From NCBI GenBank assembly GCA_963810095.1, contig CAWEMM010000006.1:1-64000 (forward strand): DNA of 64,000 nt, given 5' to 3'. Source of the DNA: an uncultured Chloroflexia bacterium. Lineage in GTDB: Bacteria; Chloroflexota; Anaerolineae; CG2-30-64-16. Within the stretch, counting starts at the first letter, position 1. The number at the start of each line of letters is the position of its first letter. The notes beneath the pieces are model-generated. The model had not been told where the DNA came from. It did not search any database and saw nothing but the letters and a program-made list of their open reading frames with translations. Both the position numbers and the translations under genes were made by a program. Positions 26,823 to 35,522 of this stretch are shown here, piece after piece.

Positions 26823-27844
26823 CTTGCTCTCGGGTGTTCATCGCGACCGTACTCGCGCTCGTGCATGTCCAGACCGGGCAAATCGATCTGACGCGCCAGA
26901 TGCGCGAGCGGACTGCGCCTCCGCATGGTTGGAGTCCGCAGCCGAATAGCTATATGACGGGCATGCGGTCCTTTGGCGGCCAGCATAGGGGGCGGCGCGG
27001 CGGCATCCCGCAAGGCACATTCCAGCCGTTCGACCAGAACGCGTCGGGCTAGCCTAAGCAGGCCGTGTTCGGAGCTACCATATCAGATTCTCCCGAGGCG
27101 GGCTACTCCGAGTCGTCATTGGTGACGGCAAGCGTCGCGAAAGAATTGAACGGGGCGACCAGCCTGGTACGGCGCTTTGCCCGCTATGAGTGTCTCGTGG
27201 CCAACCTGCGCCACTACGCAGACCATTCTGATGCAGCAATATCGCTTGTAGCGCAACCTCCCGTGCTATCCACCCGGGCGAGAATGAAATGACCGTGGCG
27301 GGGCACGCTACGCACCTAGGCAATATAAGAGGCCACTGGTCTGTCATTGCCGCCGCAGGCGTGACAACCGTAACGGCAGCGCGGCGGAAACGATTTTTCG
27401 CCCTGTCACTTATCCTGACCGGGCTATCGAGGGACAGTGTTTGCTCACCTTTGCACCAGCTTGTCTATCCAGCCAGCCTTCCGACATGAGTGGTTATTCA
27501 ACGAGGTTCTGCGAGCGGCCGTTGAGCGAGTGGGTGACCGGACAGGCCTTCGGATATGGAGTGGTTATCGGAAGTCAGCGTTGAACTCAATCATCAAGTA
27601 TTGATTACCGGTAACAAAGGACGACCCCCTCGACCAGACGGAGACGGAGCAAAGCGCTGCAACGACGCGAGCGATGGCACGAAAACGGACGAGCCGTGTG
27701 GTCTCTTCGAGAGCGTTTCCCCGCCCTCGGACCACATGGCTTCCACCTTGACTAACCTTGCGGTCTTACGATTGCCCAGATTCTTCAGCCCATGAACCAC
27801 ACGGCTGGTCATCTTGGGCAGCCATGTGGTCAGCGGCCTTAACG

Positions 27845-27887
27845 AAAAAGACCACAAGGGCGATCGCATCACCTACCCTTGTGGTCT
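27845..27887 (-). terminator. intrinsic terminator after tRNA-Pro
   Basis: AGACCACAAGGG / CCCTTGTGGTCT stem followed by a T-run on the minus strand. Confidence 0.75.
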
Positions 27888-27889
27888 CA

Positions 27890-27965
<76 letters not shown>

Positions 27966-28046
27966 ACGACGTTTGAAATTATACCCCCCTCTGTGCGACA
28001 ATGCAAATATCAAGCGCACTTTATCCTCTAGCATCCCAGGTGCAGC

Positions 28047-28784
28047 ATGGCAGCAACAGACGACAGCGACTTGGCGGGCATTCGCTTCGCCGGCATGTTC
28101 GGCCTTGAATCAAAAGGCGGCGTCCCAACCGAACGGACCGTCGACCGGCTCACTTACCGCATCTTCATCGGCATCGTGAGCCTGAACGCGCTGCTCGTGC
28201 TCATCGGTTTGTATATCCTCCCGTTGCCTCAACCTGCCAAAGAAGTGCTCTGGATCATCGACTCGATCAACGCGTTGATCTTCCTTGCGGACTTCTTCCT
28301 CAGGCTGTTTACCGGCACGAACCGCACCCGCTACTTCTTCAAGGAGTGGGGGTGGATCGACCTGGTCGGCAGCCTGCCGGCTCATCCCCTGCTGCGCCTG
28401 CTCCGCATCCTGCGCAGCTTCGGCCTCTGGTATCGCCTGGCCGCGAACACCGATAAGGCGATGCGCGACGAGGCGCGCCGCCGGCTGGCGGAGAGTACCT
28501 TGTTTGTCGTCGCCTCCCTCGTGCTGATCGTCGTCACCTTCGGCGCCCTGGCCATATCCCTGATCGAACCGCCCGCGACGGGCGCCAATATCCTTACGGG
28601 CAGCGATGCCGTCTGGTATGTCATCGTGACCATTGCCACCGTGGGCTACGGCGACCGCTACCCCGTCACCAACCAGGGCCGCATTGTCGGTATCATCCTG
28701 ATCGTGATGGGCGTAAGCGCCTTCTCCGTGCTGACCAGCTATATCGCTACCCGGTTCCTTGCGCGGTCGCGCAGCGAGGTTTGA
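28047..28784 (+). CDS. 6-TM voltage-gated-type potassium channel
   Basis: Selectivity filter TIATVGYGD; S4-like LLRLLRILRSF. Confidence 0.9.
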   Translation: MAATDDSDLAGIRFAGMFGLESKGGVPTERTVDRLTYRIFIGIVSLNALLVLIGLYILPLPQPAKEVLWIIDSINALIFLADFFLRLFTGTNRTRYFFKEWGWIDLVGSLPAHPLLRLLRILRSFGLWYRLAANTDKAMRDEARRRLAESTLFVVASLVLIVVTFGALAISLIEPPATGANILTGSDAVWYVIVTIATVGYGDRYPVTNQGRIVGIILIVMGVSAFSVLTSYIATRFLARSRSEV

Positions 28785-29010
28785 TGCGCGCTTACGCGGG
28801 CAGTCGCCAGGAGCGTAATGGGTACAGGTGTTACAAACCTGGCCGGGGCGGCGCATGCGCGGGCGTCTGATCTAATCCGGTTAGGAGTGTCCCTGCCGGC
28901 CGCACAGTGCTTCGATGGCCGGCAGGGACAGGATCACGCCGCGGAAGCGCGGCGGTCGTTGGGGGGGCAAATTCCGGTCGCTTAGCGCGCTACAGCGCGG
29001 ATCGTCGGCC

Positions 29011-29532
29011 CTACCTTAACCCGATGTTCATGCACACGGCCTCACACTGCACCCGGTCCGTCCTGCCACCCAGTGCGGCCCGCAAAAACCACGTGGGACG
29101 TTCGTTCCGATCCCAGGTGTAAGGGCCCTTGGGCCCGAAAAAGATTTCGGACAGAGACGGAGCAATGAAACACGTGCCCCAGTCGGTATACTCGGAGTCT
29201 ACCCCCTGGACGGCGTTGCCGACCAAGGAACAATAGTCCCAGCGCCCCATCTCCGTCAGCTTGGTCTGCATGGCAGGGCTTCCATTATTCGTGACTCCTG
29301 CCTCATACCATTGGTAAACCTTCGTGCCCAGGTTGCCAGCCACCGCGTTTGCAGTCGTGTCCACGCTCGCCGGCGCGGTGCCGATGCTGTCCGTGACTAC
29401 TTCCTGCGCGTGCGCGCTCAACGTGCCGGGCAGAGGCCCGGCGCCACCCGCAAATGCCAGCACGCCGTAAATGGCGAACATGGCCACCGTGAGAAGACCG
29501 ACCGCTTGCAGCACCGCTCGTGACTTCTTCAT
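29011..29532 (-). CDS. secreted hypothetical protein with Cys-containing C-terminal domain
   Basis: AGGAGG RBS; signal-peptide-like N-terminus; four Cys in the C-terminal part. Confidence 0.65.
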   Translation of the reverse strand: MKKSRAVLQAVGLLTVAMFAIYGVLAFAGGAGPLPGTLSAHAQEVVTDSIGTAPASVDTTANAVAGNLGTKVYQWYEAGVTNNGSPAMQTKLTEMGRWDYCSLVGNAVQGVDSEYTDWGTCFIAPSLSEIFFGPKGPYTWDRNERPTWFLRAALGGRTDRVQCEAVCMNIGLR

Positions 29533-29832
29533 GTGTTGCCTCCTGACGCAACTACGGATGGATGGTGGACAACCGCGAATACCGAGACTCGCGCCCGGTG
29601 TACGCGCAAGACGGCCCCGGCGCGTCCGAGCGCGGGCTCAGGGCGCGCCGAGGGTGTTGGTTGGTGGGATCTGGAAGTCCTGACTTGCGGCCAGGTAGCC
29701 GGAGGGGGCGTCGCCACGTCTGCACAAAGTTGCAATCGTGATGTGCATGGCTGCCTCGAGGGACGGCGAGAGGGGCGCGTGGCCCGGCATACGTTAGCCG
29801 GGCAGAAGGCAATTGCGCCGTCCTGCACAAAC

Positions 29833-29861
29833 AGTATCGCGCAGACGCGAGCGTTTGTCAA
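29833..29861 (-). promoter_or_regulatory. sigma70 promoter implying a ~295-nt leader for 29011-29532
   Basis: Minus strand TTGACA, 17 bp, GATACT. Confidence 0.5.
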
Positions 29862-30046
29862 TATGCCAAGGCATTATCGACGGACAAATAAAGACCTATA
29901 AACCAAATTCGCCGGCCGGCGCGGGGGCTAATGACGGTCTGCTGGAGGATGCGGGAGCCGCGAGTGAGTTGCTTTGTGGGATCACTTGTCTAAAAGTGCG
30001 CTTTCCCTCATGCTGTTATACGTCAGTGGTGAAAGCGTCCTCCGAT

Positions 30047-30075
30047 TTGCACACGCGTAAACATTATGTTATAGT
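30047..30075 (+). promoter_or_regulatory. rpsF operon promoter
   Basis: TTGCAC, 17 bp, TATAGT with extended TG. Confidence 0.7.
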
Positions 30076-30082
30076 CTTTTCA

Positions 30083-30200
30083 CCGTGCGAGGGCTCCAAG
30101 CCCTCGCCCTTTTTGCCCCTGGCGTGCAGCGCCGAGCTGTATTCACCGGCGGCAATGCGGCTTTCTCACGAAAGCTGGGCATTTCCAAAGAAAGGAGGTA
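30083..30200 (+). promoter_or_regulatory. probable S6:S18-responsive ribosomal protein leader
   Basis: Located before rpsF-ssb-rpsR; CCCTTTTTGCCC can pair with GGGCA...AAAGAAAGGAGG and sequester the RBS. Confidence 0.45.
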
Positions 30201-30210
30201 CCGGCGCGGT

Positions 30211-30513
30211 ATGTCGGACATTTTGCGCGACTACGAAATGGTGGTCATCGCTGCCCCGCAGCTCGATGACGAAGCCCTCTCCACCCTGACCCAGCGGATC
30301 AGTGGTTGGATTACGGGCGCGAATGGTGCGGTTTCCGAGACGAACGTCTGGGGCCGTCGCTCCATGCTCTACCCCATCAAGAAGCAAACCGAAGGCATCT
30401 ACGTCCAGTTCAATTTCCAACTGGCACCCAGCGCGAGCCGCGAGCTCGAGCGCAGCCTGCGCCTGGATGAGAAAGTCATCCGGCACCTGGTGATCCGCCT
30501 CGACGAGGAGTAA
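30211..30513 (+). CDS. rpsF: 30S ribosomal protein S6
   Basis: RDYEMVVI, WGRRSMLYPIKK..EGIY, VIRHLVIR. Confidence 0.95.
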   Translation: MSDILRDYEMVVIAAPQLDDEALSTLTQRISGWITGANGAVSETNVWGRRSMLYPIKKQTEGIYVQFNFQLAPSASRELERSLRLDEKVIRHLVIRLDEE

Positions 30514-30546
30514 TCCACGCCCAGGCACAGAGAGGAGACGCGGACC

Positions 30547-30930
30547 GTGGCAAGAGGATTGAACAAGGTCCTGATTATCGGTAACCTGGGCCGCGATCCT
30601 GAAATGCGCTATACGCCGAGCGGAAAGCCGGTCACCTCGTTCAGCGTGGCCGTGAGCCGCGGTTGGACGACCAGTGCCGGCGAACGTCGTGAGGCCACGG
30701 AATGGTTTAACGTCGTCGCCTGGGGCAACCTGGCGGAGATCTGCAACCAATACCTGCGCAAAGGTTCGCGCGTCTATGTCGAAGGACGGCTGCAGACGCG
30801 GAGTTGGGACGACCCGGACGGTCAGCGTCACTCGCGTACCGAGGTCGTGGCCAATGAGATGATGATCCTCGACAGCCGGCCCGGCAGCGAACCAGACGAG
30901 TTCGATTACGAAGAGGAAATGGGGTTCTAA
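30547..30930 (+). CDS. ssb: single-stranded DNA-binding protein
   Basis: LNKVLIIGNLGRDPEMRYT, VEGRLQTRSW, acidic tail. Confidence 0.95.
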   Translation: MARGLNKVLIIGNLGRDPEMRYTPSGKPVTSFSVAVSRGWTTSAGERREATEWFNVVAWGNLAEICNQYLRKGSRVYVEGRLQTRSWDDPDGQRHSRTEVVANEMMILDSRPGSEPDEFDYEEEMGF

Positions 30931-30933
30931 TCA

Positions 30934-31299
30934 ATGGCAGACGAACGAGAAATGAATGGCGCGCCGTCCGGCGACCGGGGTGATCGACCCGATCGCATGG
31001 AGCGGCCCGACCGGCCCGATCGGATGGATCGTGGCCCGCGTGGCCGGGGCGGACCCGGCGGCCGGGGACGCTTTCAGCGCCGCCGGATCTGCGCGTTCTG
31101 CGCGGACAAGGTCGACAAGATCGACTACAAGGATATCAACCTGCTGCGCCGGTTTGTCTCGGACACCGGGCAGATTGACTCGCGGCGCCGCACAGGCACC
31201 TGCGCTCGGCACCAGCGCCGAGTCACCAAGGCCGTGAAGCGCGCCCGCTACCTGGCCCTGCTGCCTTACACTGCCGAGCACATCCGCCGCTACGGCTGA
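30934..31299 (+). CDS. rpsR: 30S ribosomal protein S18 (zinc-binding type) with N-terminal repeat extension
   Basis: [32 protein letters not shown]. Confidence 0.95.
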   Translation: MADEREMNGAPSGDRGDRPDRMERPDRPDRMDRGPRGRGGPGGRGRFQRRRICAFCADKVDKIDYKDINLLRRFVSDTGQIDSRRRTGTCARHQRRVTKAVKRARYLALLPYTAEHIRRYG

Positions 31300-31309
31300 T
31301 AGAGGTCGT

Positions 31310-32557
31310 ATGGCCAACAAGAACGAGAAGGCAGCCGCTGAGGAAACCAAGAAGCAGGCGCACCACCGCCGCCGTGACGAAGAGGCAAATCGCCGCGTCA
31401 TGATCGGCCTGGCGGGCGTGGGCATCGCGCTCCTGCTCATCATCCTCGCCGGCGTCATTCAGGAACTGGTTCTCAAGCCGCGGCAACCCGTGGCGACCGT
31501 CAACGGCGACCGCATCAGCCTCACCGACTACCAGAAGCAGGTGCGGTACGCCTATTACCAGTCACTGCAGCAGGGCCAGCCGATCAGCGATCCTCAGCAG
31601 ACCGGCCTCACCGTGCTCGACAACATGATCGACCTCGACCTGCTGCGCCAGCAGGCTAAGCAGCGCGGCATCAGCGTGACGGATCAGGAGATCAACGACG
31701 CGCTCGAGAAGAGCTTCGGCTTCTATCGCCAGACGCCAACACCGTTCCCAACGCCCACGCCCGACCTGACGGCATCGCCGACGCCTTCGCCCACTGGCAC
31801 AATTCAGCCCACCGAGACGCCCGCGCCTACGCCTACGCTCATAACCGAGCAAGGTTACAAGGACGAACTCAAGCGGACGCTGGACACGCTGAATGCGAGC
31901 GCAGGGCTGAACGAAACTGACGTTCGGAAGCTGGTCGAGGCGAGCCTCCTGCAGCAGAAGCTCTACGATGACGTGACCAAGGACGTAGCCACGAAGGGCG
32001 AACAGGTGAAGCTGCGCCATATCCTCGTTGCCGTCCGCACGCCCGAGCCAACGCCCGCCCCGACGGCAACGCCGGGTCCTGATGCGACCGCCGTCCCCAC
32101 CGCCGCGCCAGGGTCGACCGCAACGCCGACACCTGCGCCAACGCTCGCGCCTCGGACCGAGGCAGAAGCCTTGGCCATCGCAACCGACATCAAGAAGAAG
32201 CTCGACGCGGGCGGAGACTTCAAGGCCCTCGCGATTGAGTTTTCGGACGACGCGGGCAGCAAGGCTCAGGGCGGCGAGCTCGGTTGGTTCTCTCGGGGCG
32301 AAGGGCTGGTCCAGGAATTCGAGGACGCGGCCTTCAGCCTGCCGGTGGGCCAGGTCAGCGAGCCCGTCAAGACGCAGTTCGGCTATCACCTCATCGAGGT
32401 GTTGGAGAAAGACCCGAGCCGCGAGCTGAACGCTTACACGGTCTCGCAAGCGAAGTCGGCCGCCTTCCAGAAGTGGCTGACCGACCTCCGGAACGCCGCG
32501 CAGATTCAGCGCAACTGGACGGCGGACAAACTCCCGCCTACGCCCAGCGCCGGATGA
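31310..32557 (+). CDS. membrane-anchored SurA/PrsA-like parvulin peptidyl-prolyl isomerase
   Basis: TM segment, VATVNG, RHILV, SDDAGSKAQGGELGWF, SEPVKTQFGYHLI; Pro/Thr linkers. Confidence 0.9.
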   Translation: MANKNEKAAAEETKKQAHHRRRDEEANRRVMIGLAGVGIALLLIILAGVIQELVLKPRQPVATVNGDRISLTDYQKQVRYAYYQSLQQGQPISDPQQTGLTVLDNMIDLDLLRQQAKQRGISVTDQEINDALEKSFGFYRQTPTPFPTPTPDLTASPTPSPTGTIQPTETPAPTPTLITEQGYKDELKRTLDTLNASAGLNETDVRKLVEASLLQQKLYDDVTKDVATKGEQVKLRHILVAVRTPEPTPAPTATPGPDATAVPTAAPGSTATPTPAPTLAPRTEAEALAIATDIKKKLDAGGDFKALAIEFSDDAGSKAQGGELGWFSRGEGLVQEFEDAAFSLPVGQVSEPVKTQFGYHLIEVLEKDPSRELNAYTVSQAKSAAFQKWLTDLRNAAQIQRNWTADKLPPTPSAG

Positions 32558-32562
32558 GCAAT

Positions 32563-32666
32563 AGAACGCTGATTGAACTGATCTGACTGATTTACTTGAT
32601 CTTTCTTCGACAACCATGTTCGAAGAAGATCATGCGTATCAGTTCGATCAGTTGAATCAGCGTTCT
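32563..32666. repeat. ~50-bp-arm imperfect inverted repeat (REP-like) between convergent genes
   Basis: Left arm AGAACGCTGATTGAACTGATCTGACTGATTTACTTGATC vs reverse complement of right arm AGAACGCTGATTCAACTGATCGAACTGATACGCATGATC. Confidence 0.8.
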
Positions 32667-32668
32667 GT

Positions 32669-34840
32669 TTAACCCTTCTCCCGCCGGACCTCGCGGACGT
32701 TCTGGACCTGGTTGATCTTGTAGAGCACCCGGTCGAGCTGCTCCACGTCGCGCACCTCGAGCGTGGCGGTGATCATGGCCAGGTTATCGCGGCGAGCGGT
32801 CACCGCCGAGGCGCCCTCCATGTTAATATTTTCCAGGTCCAGCACCTCGACGATATCCTTGAGCAGCCCCGCCCGGTCGTAAGCCATCACCCGAATCTTC
32901 ACCCTGGACAACTGGGGCGGCGTGGCCCCCCAATCGACCCGGATCATCCGCTCCCGGTCCAGCCGCAATACGTTCGGGCAGTCTTTCCGGTGAACAGAGA
33001 CCCCACGGCCGCGCGTCACAAAGCCGACGATCTCGTCGGGGGGCATCGGGTTGCAGCAGCGCGACATGACCGTGAGCAGGTTGCCCGTGCCCTGGACGGC
33101 GATCCCGTCCACCTTCGCCTCGGCAGCCCGCTGCTTCTGATCGGCCTGGGGCAGCCCTTCCTCGTGCGCTTCCTTGAGCACCTCTTCGGGCTTGTTGAGC
33201 TGCAAGACCCGCTTTGCGACGTCGGCCGAGGTGACGTCGCCGGTCCCGAGGTCGGCCAGAAAATCCTCCTGGCTGCCGTAGCCAAACAGGTTCGCCACCT
33301 CGAGATAGGTCATGTTCTCGACGCCGAGCCGGTGCAGTTCGCGCTCGAGCAGCTCGCGGCCCGCGGTGATGTTCTCCTCGCGGTTCTGCTGCTTGAACCA
33401 CTGGCGGATCTTCGTGCGCGCCCGGCTCGTCTTCACAAAGTTCAGATGGGGGTTGAGCCAATCCCGACTGGGACCACCGCGCTTCGCCACCAGGATTTCC
33501 ACCTGGTCGCCGCTCTGCAGGGGTGTGTCCAGGCCGACCAACTTGCCGCGCACCTTGGCCCCGCGGCACCGGTGGCCAATGTCGGTGTGCACGCGGTATG
33601 CGAAGTCGATGGGTGTCGCGCCGGCTGGCAGGTCGATGACCTCGCCCCGCGGCGTGAAGACGTAAACCCGGTCCTTGAAAAGCTCCTCTTTCGCGGTCGC
33701 GATGAACTCGCTGCCGCCCGCCTGTTCCTGCGACTGCCAATCGAGCACTGAGCGGAGCCACTGGATCTTGCGCTCGTACGCCTCGTCGTGCCGGGTCTGC
33801 GACTTATAGCGCCAGTGGGCGGCAATACCGACGTCGGCGATGCGATCCATGTCGGGCGTACGGATTTGCACCTCGAGGGGGCGACCGTTCGGCCCGACGA
33901 CGGCGGTATGCAGCGACTGGTATTGGTTCTCTTTGGGGTTGGCGATATAGTCGTCGAATTCGCCCGGGATGGGCCGCCAGAGGGAGTGCACCACGCCGAG
34001 TGCCGCATAGCAGTCAGGGAGTTCGGGCACGATCAAGCGGAGGCCGTGTTGGTCGTAGATCTCGCCGAACGTGACGCCCTTACGCTTCATCTTGCGCCAG
34101 ATGCTGTAAATGTGCTTAGGCCGGCCCGAGATTTGCGCCTGGACGCCGTGTTTGCCCAGCTCGGTGCGCAGCGTCTGGATGACGCTGGCAACATAGGCCT
34201 CGCGTTCCTCTCGGCGCTCGCTGAGCTCGGCCTTCATCTTGCCGTAAGTCTCCGGCTCCAGATAGCGGAAAGCGAGGTCTTCGAGCTCCCACTTGATCGC
34301 GTAGATGCCCAAAACGCTGGCGAGCGGCGCGTAGACGTCCAACGTCTCGCGCGAAATGCGCTGCTGCTTCGCCGGCGGCATGGCGCCGAGGGTGCGCATG
34401 TTGTGCAGGCGGTCGGCGAGCTTAATGAGGACGACGCGCACGTCGTTGACCATGGCCAGGAGCATCTTGCGGAAGCTCTCGACCTTCGGGTCTCGGCTGT
34501 CGGCCGGATAGCTGGCCATGTCGGAGATGCTTTCCAGCTTGGTGACGCCGTCGACCATGCTGGCGACCTCGGGGCCGAACTCCTCGACCAGGGCGGGGAC
34601 CTTGTGTGCCGTGTCTTCGGCAACGTCGTGCAGCAATGCTGCGGCGACCGTGCGCGCGTCGAGGCGCAAGTCAGCCAGGATGCTGGCGACGGCTTCGGGG
34701 TGGATGATGTAGGGCTCGCCCGACTTCCGCCGCTGCCCCGCGTGCGCTTCGTCGGCAAACTCGTAAGCACGGTGGACCAGCACCTGGTCTTGCGGCGAAT
34801 AACTCTTCGGCAGATGCTCGCGTAAAGTTTCCCAACTCAT
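32669..34840 (-). CDS. rel: long RelA/SpoT homolog, bifunctional (p)ppGpp synthetase/hydrolase
   Basis: RKSGEPYIIHP, LLHDVAED, KLADRLHNMR, GRPKHIYSI, YQSLHT, EVQIRT, TGS, CCNP and ACT domains. Confidence 0.95.
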   Translation of the reverse strand: MSWETLREHLPKSYSPQDQVLVHRAYEFADEAHAGQRRKSGEPYIIHPEAVASILADLRLDARTVAAALLHDVAEDTAHKVPALVEEFGPEVASMVDGVTKLESISDMASYPADSRDPKVESFRKMLLAMVNDVRVVLIKLADRLHNMRTLGAMPPAKQQRISRETLDVYAPLASVLGIYAIKWELEDLAFRYLEPETYGKMKAELSERREEREAYVASVIQTLRTELGKHGVQAQISGRPKHIYSIWRKMKRKGVTFGEIYDQHGLRLIVPELPDCYAALGVVHSLWRPIPGEFDDYIANPKENQYQSLHTAVVGPNGRPLEVQIRTPDMDRIADVGIAAHWRYKSQTRHDEAYERKIQWLRSVLDWQSQEQAGGSEFIATAKEELFKDRVYVFTPRGEVIDLPAGATPIDFAYRVHTDIGHRCRGAKVRGKLVGLDTPLQSGDQVEILVAKRGGPSRDWLNPHLNFVKTSRARTKIRQWFKQQNREENITAGRELLERELHRLGVENMTYLEVANLFGYGSQEDFLADLGTGDVTSADVAKRVLQLNKPEEVLKEAHEEGLPQADQKQRAAEAKVDGIAVQGTGNLLTVMSRCCNPMPPDEIVGFVTRGRGVSVHRKDCPNVLRLDRERMIRVDWGATPPQLSRVKIRVMAYDRAGLLKDIVEVLDLENINMEGASAVTARRDNLAMITATLEVRDVEQLDRVLYKINQVQNVREVRREKG

Positions 34841-34894
34841 ACTTCACCCCTGACCTCTTCGCCAGCCGAGCCGGAGAAGGGGAATTACCGCCTT

Positions 34895-34923
34895 TTGGCC
34901 TTCGCCCGCCGCAGTGCTATACT
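34895..34923 (+). promoter_or_regulatory. tRNA-Arg promoter
   Basis: TTGGCC, 17 bp, TATACT with extended TG. Confidence 0.6.
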
Positions 34924-34933
34924 TCTCACCCGA

Positions 34934-35006
34934 GCCCCCATAGCTCAGTGGATAGAGCGACTGACTTCGGATCAGTAGGCCGCGAGTTCGAATCTTGCTG
35001 GGGGTA
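34934..35006 (+). tRNA. tRNA-Arg (anticodon TCG), CCA not encoded
   Basis: GCCCCCA/TGGGGGT acceptor; anticodon arm ACTGA-CTTCGGA-TCAGT; T-loop TTCGAAT. Confidence 0.93.
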
Positions 35007-35040
35007 CTACTGTTTGCCTGGGCAATCGCTGCGTTAATTC

Positions 35041-35090
35041 AAACCTCCCATCCGGGGCCAACTCACTGGCTCCGAGTGGGAGGTTTTTAT
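35041..35090 (+). terminator. intrinsic terminator after tRNA-Arg
   Basis: AAACCTCCCA...TGGGAGGTTT followed by T-rich sequence. Confidence 0.7.
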
Positions 35091-35522
35091 TTGCTGCGCT
35101 GCTATACCCCCGAATCGCGGTCATCATAGCATACCCGACCGTCGGTCTGCAACCCGCGGAAAGCGCCGCGGGGAGGATTCCGGGGCTCCGCGCCCTTGAA
35201 TACGCCCATGCTTGGGACATGCCAGCGGGTTCACGGGCATCCCTGTCAATTTCTAAGGACAACAACAGGATTTGAAAACCGCTCTACCGTCCCACAGGCC
35301 CTCTTTTATATGAACAAATGCGTAGCCACCTAGGTAGAAACTTTCCTTCTCGCTAGGTATTGCTACCTTAAGAGAAACGCGTGCTTGCCACCGTCATCCA
35401 GCGATTTTGCATGCTAGTGTGATTAGTGATACCCTCCACTAACAAGCACCCGATATCGACTACAGTCATGTCTTCCGCACGCACCGGTGTCATAATATCA
35501 AGCCACTCGTTTAGGAGGAGCC

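Noticed and set aside
34934-35006. tRNA-Arg as an integration site for the 35-55 kb surface-protein block
   Set aside because: No integrase and no 3'-end duplication seen downstream.
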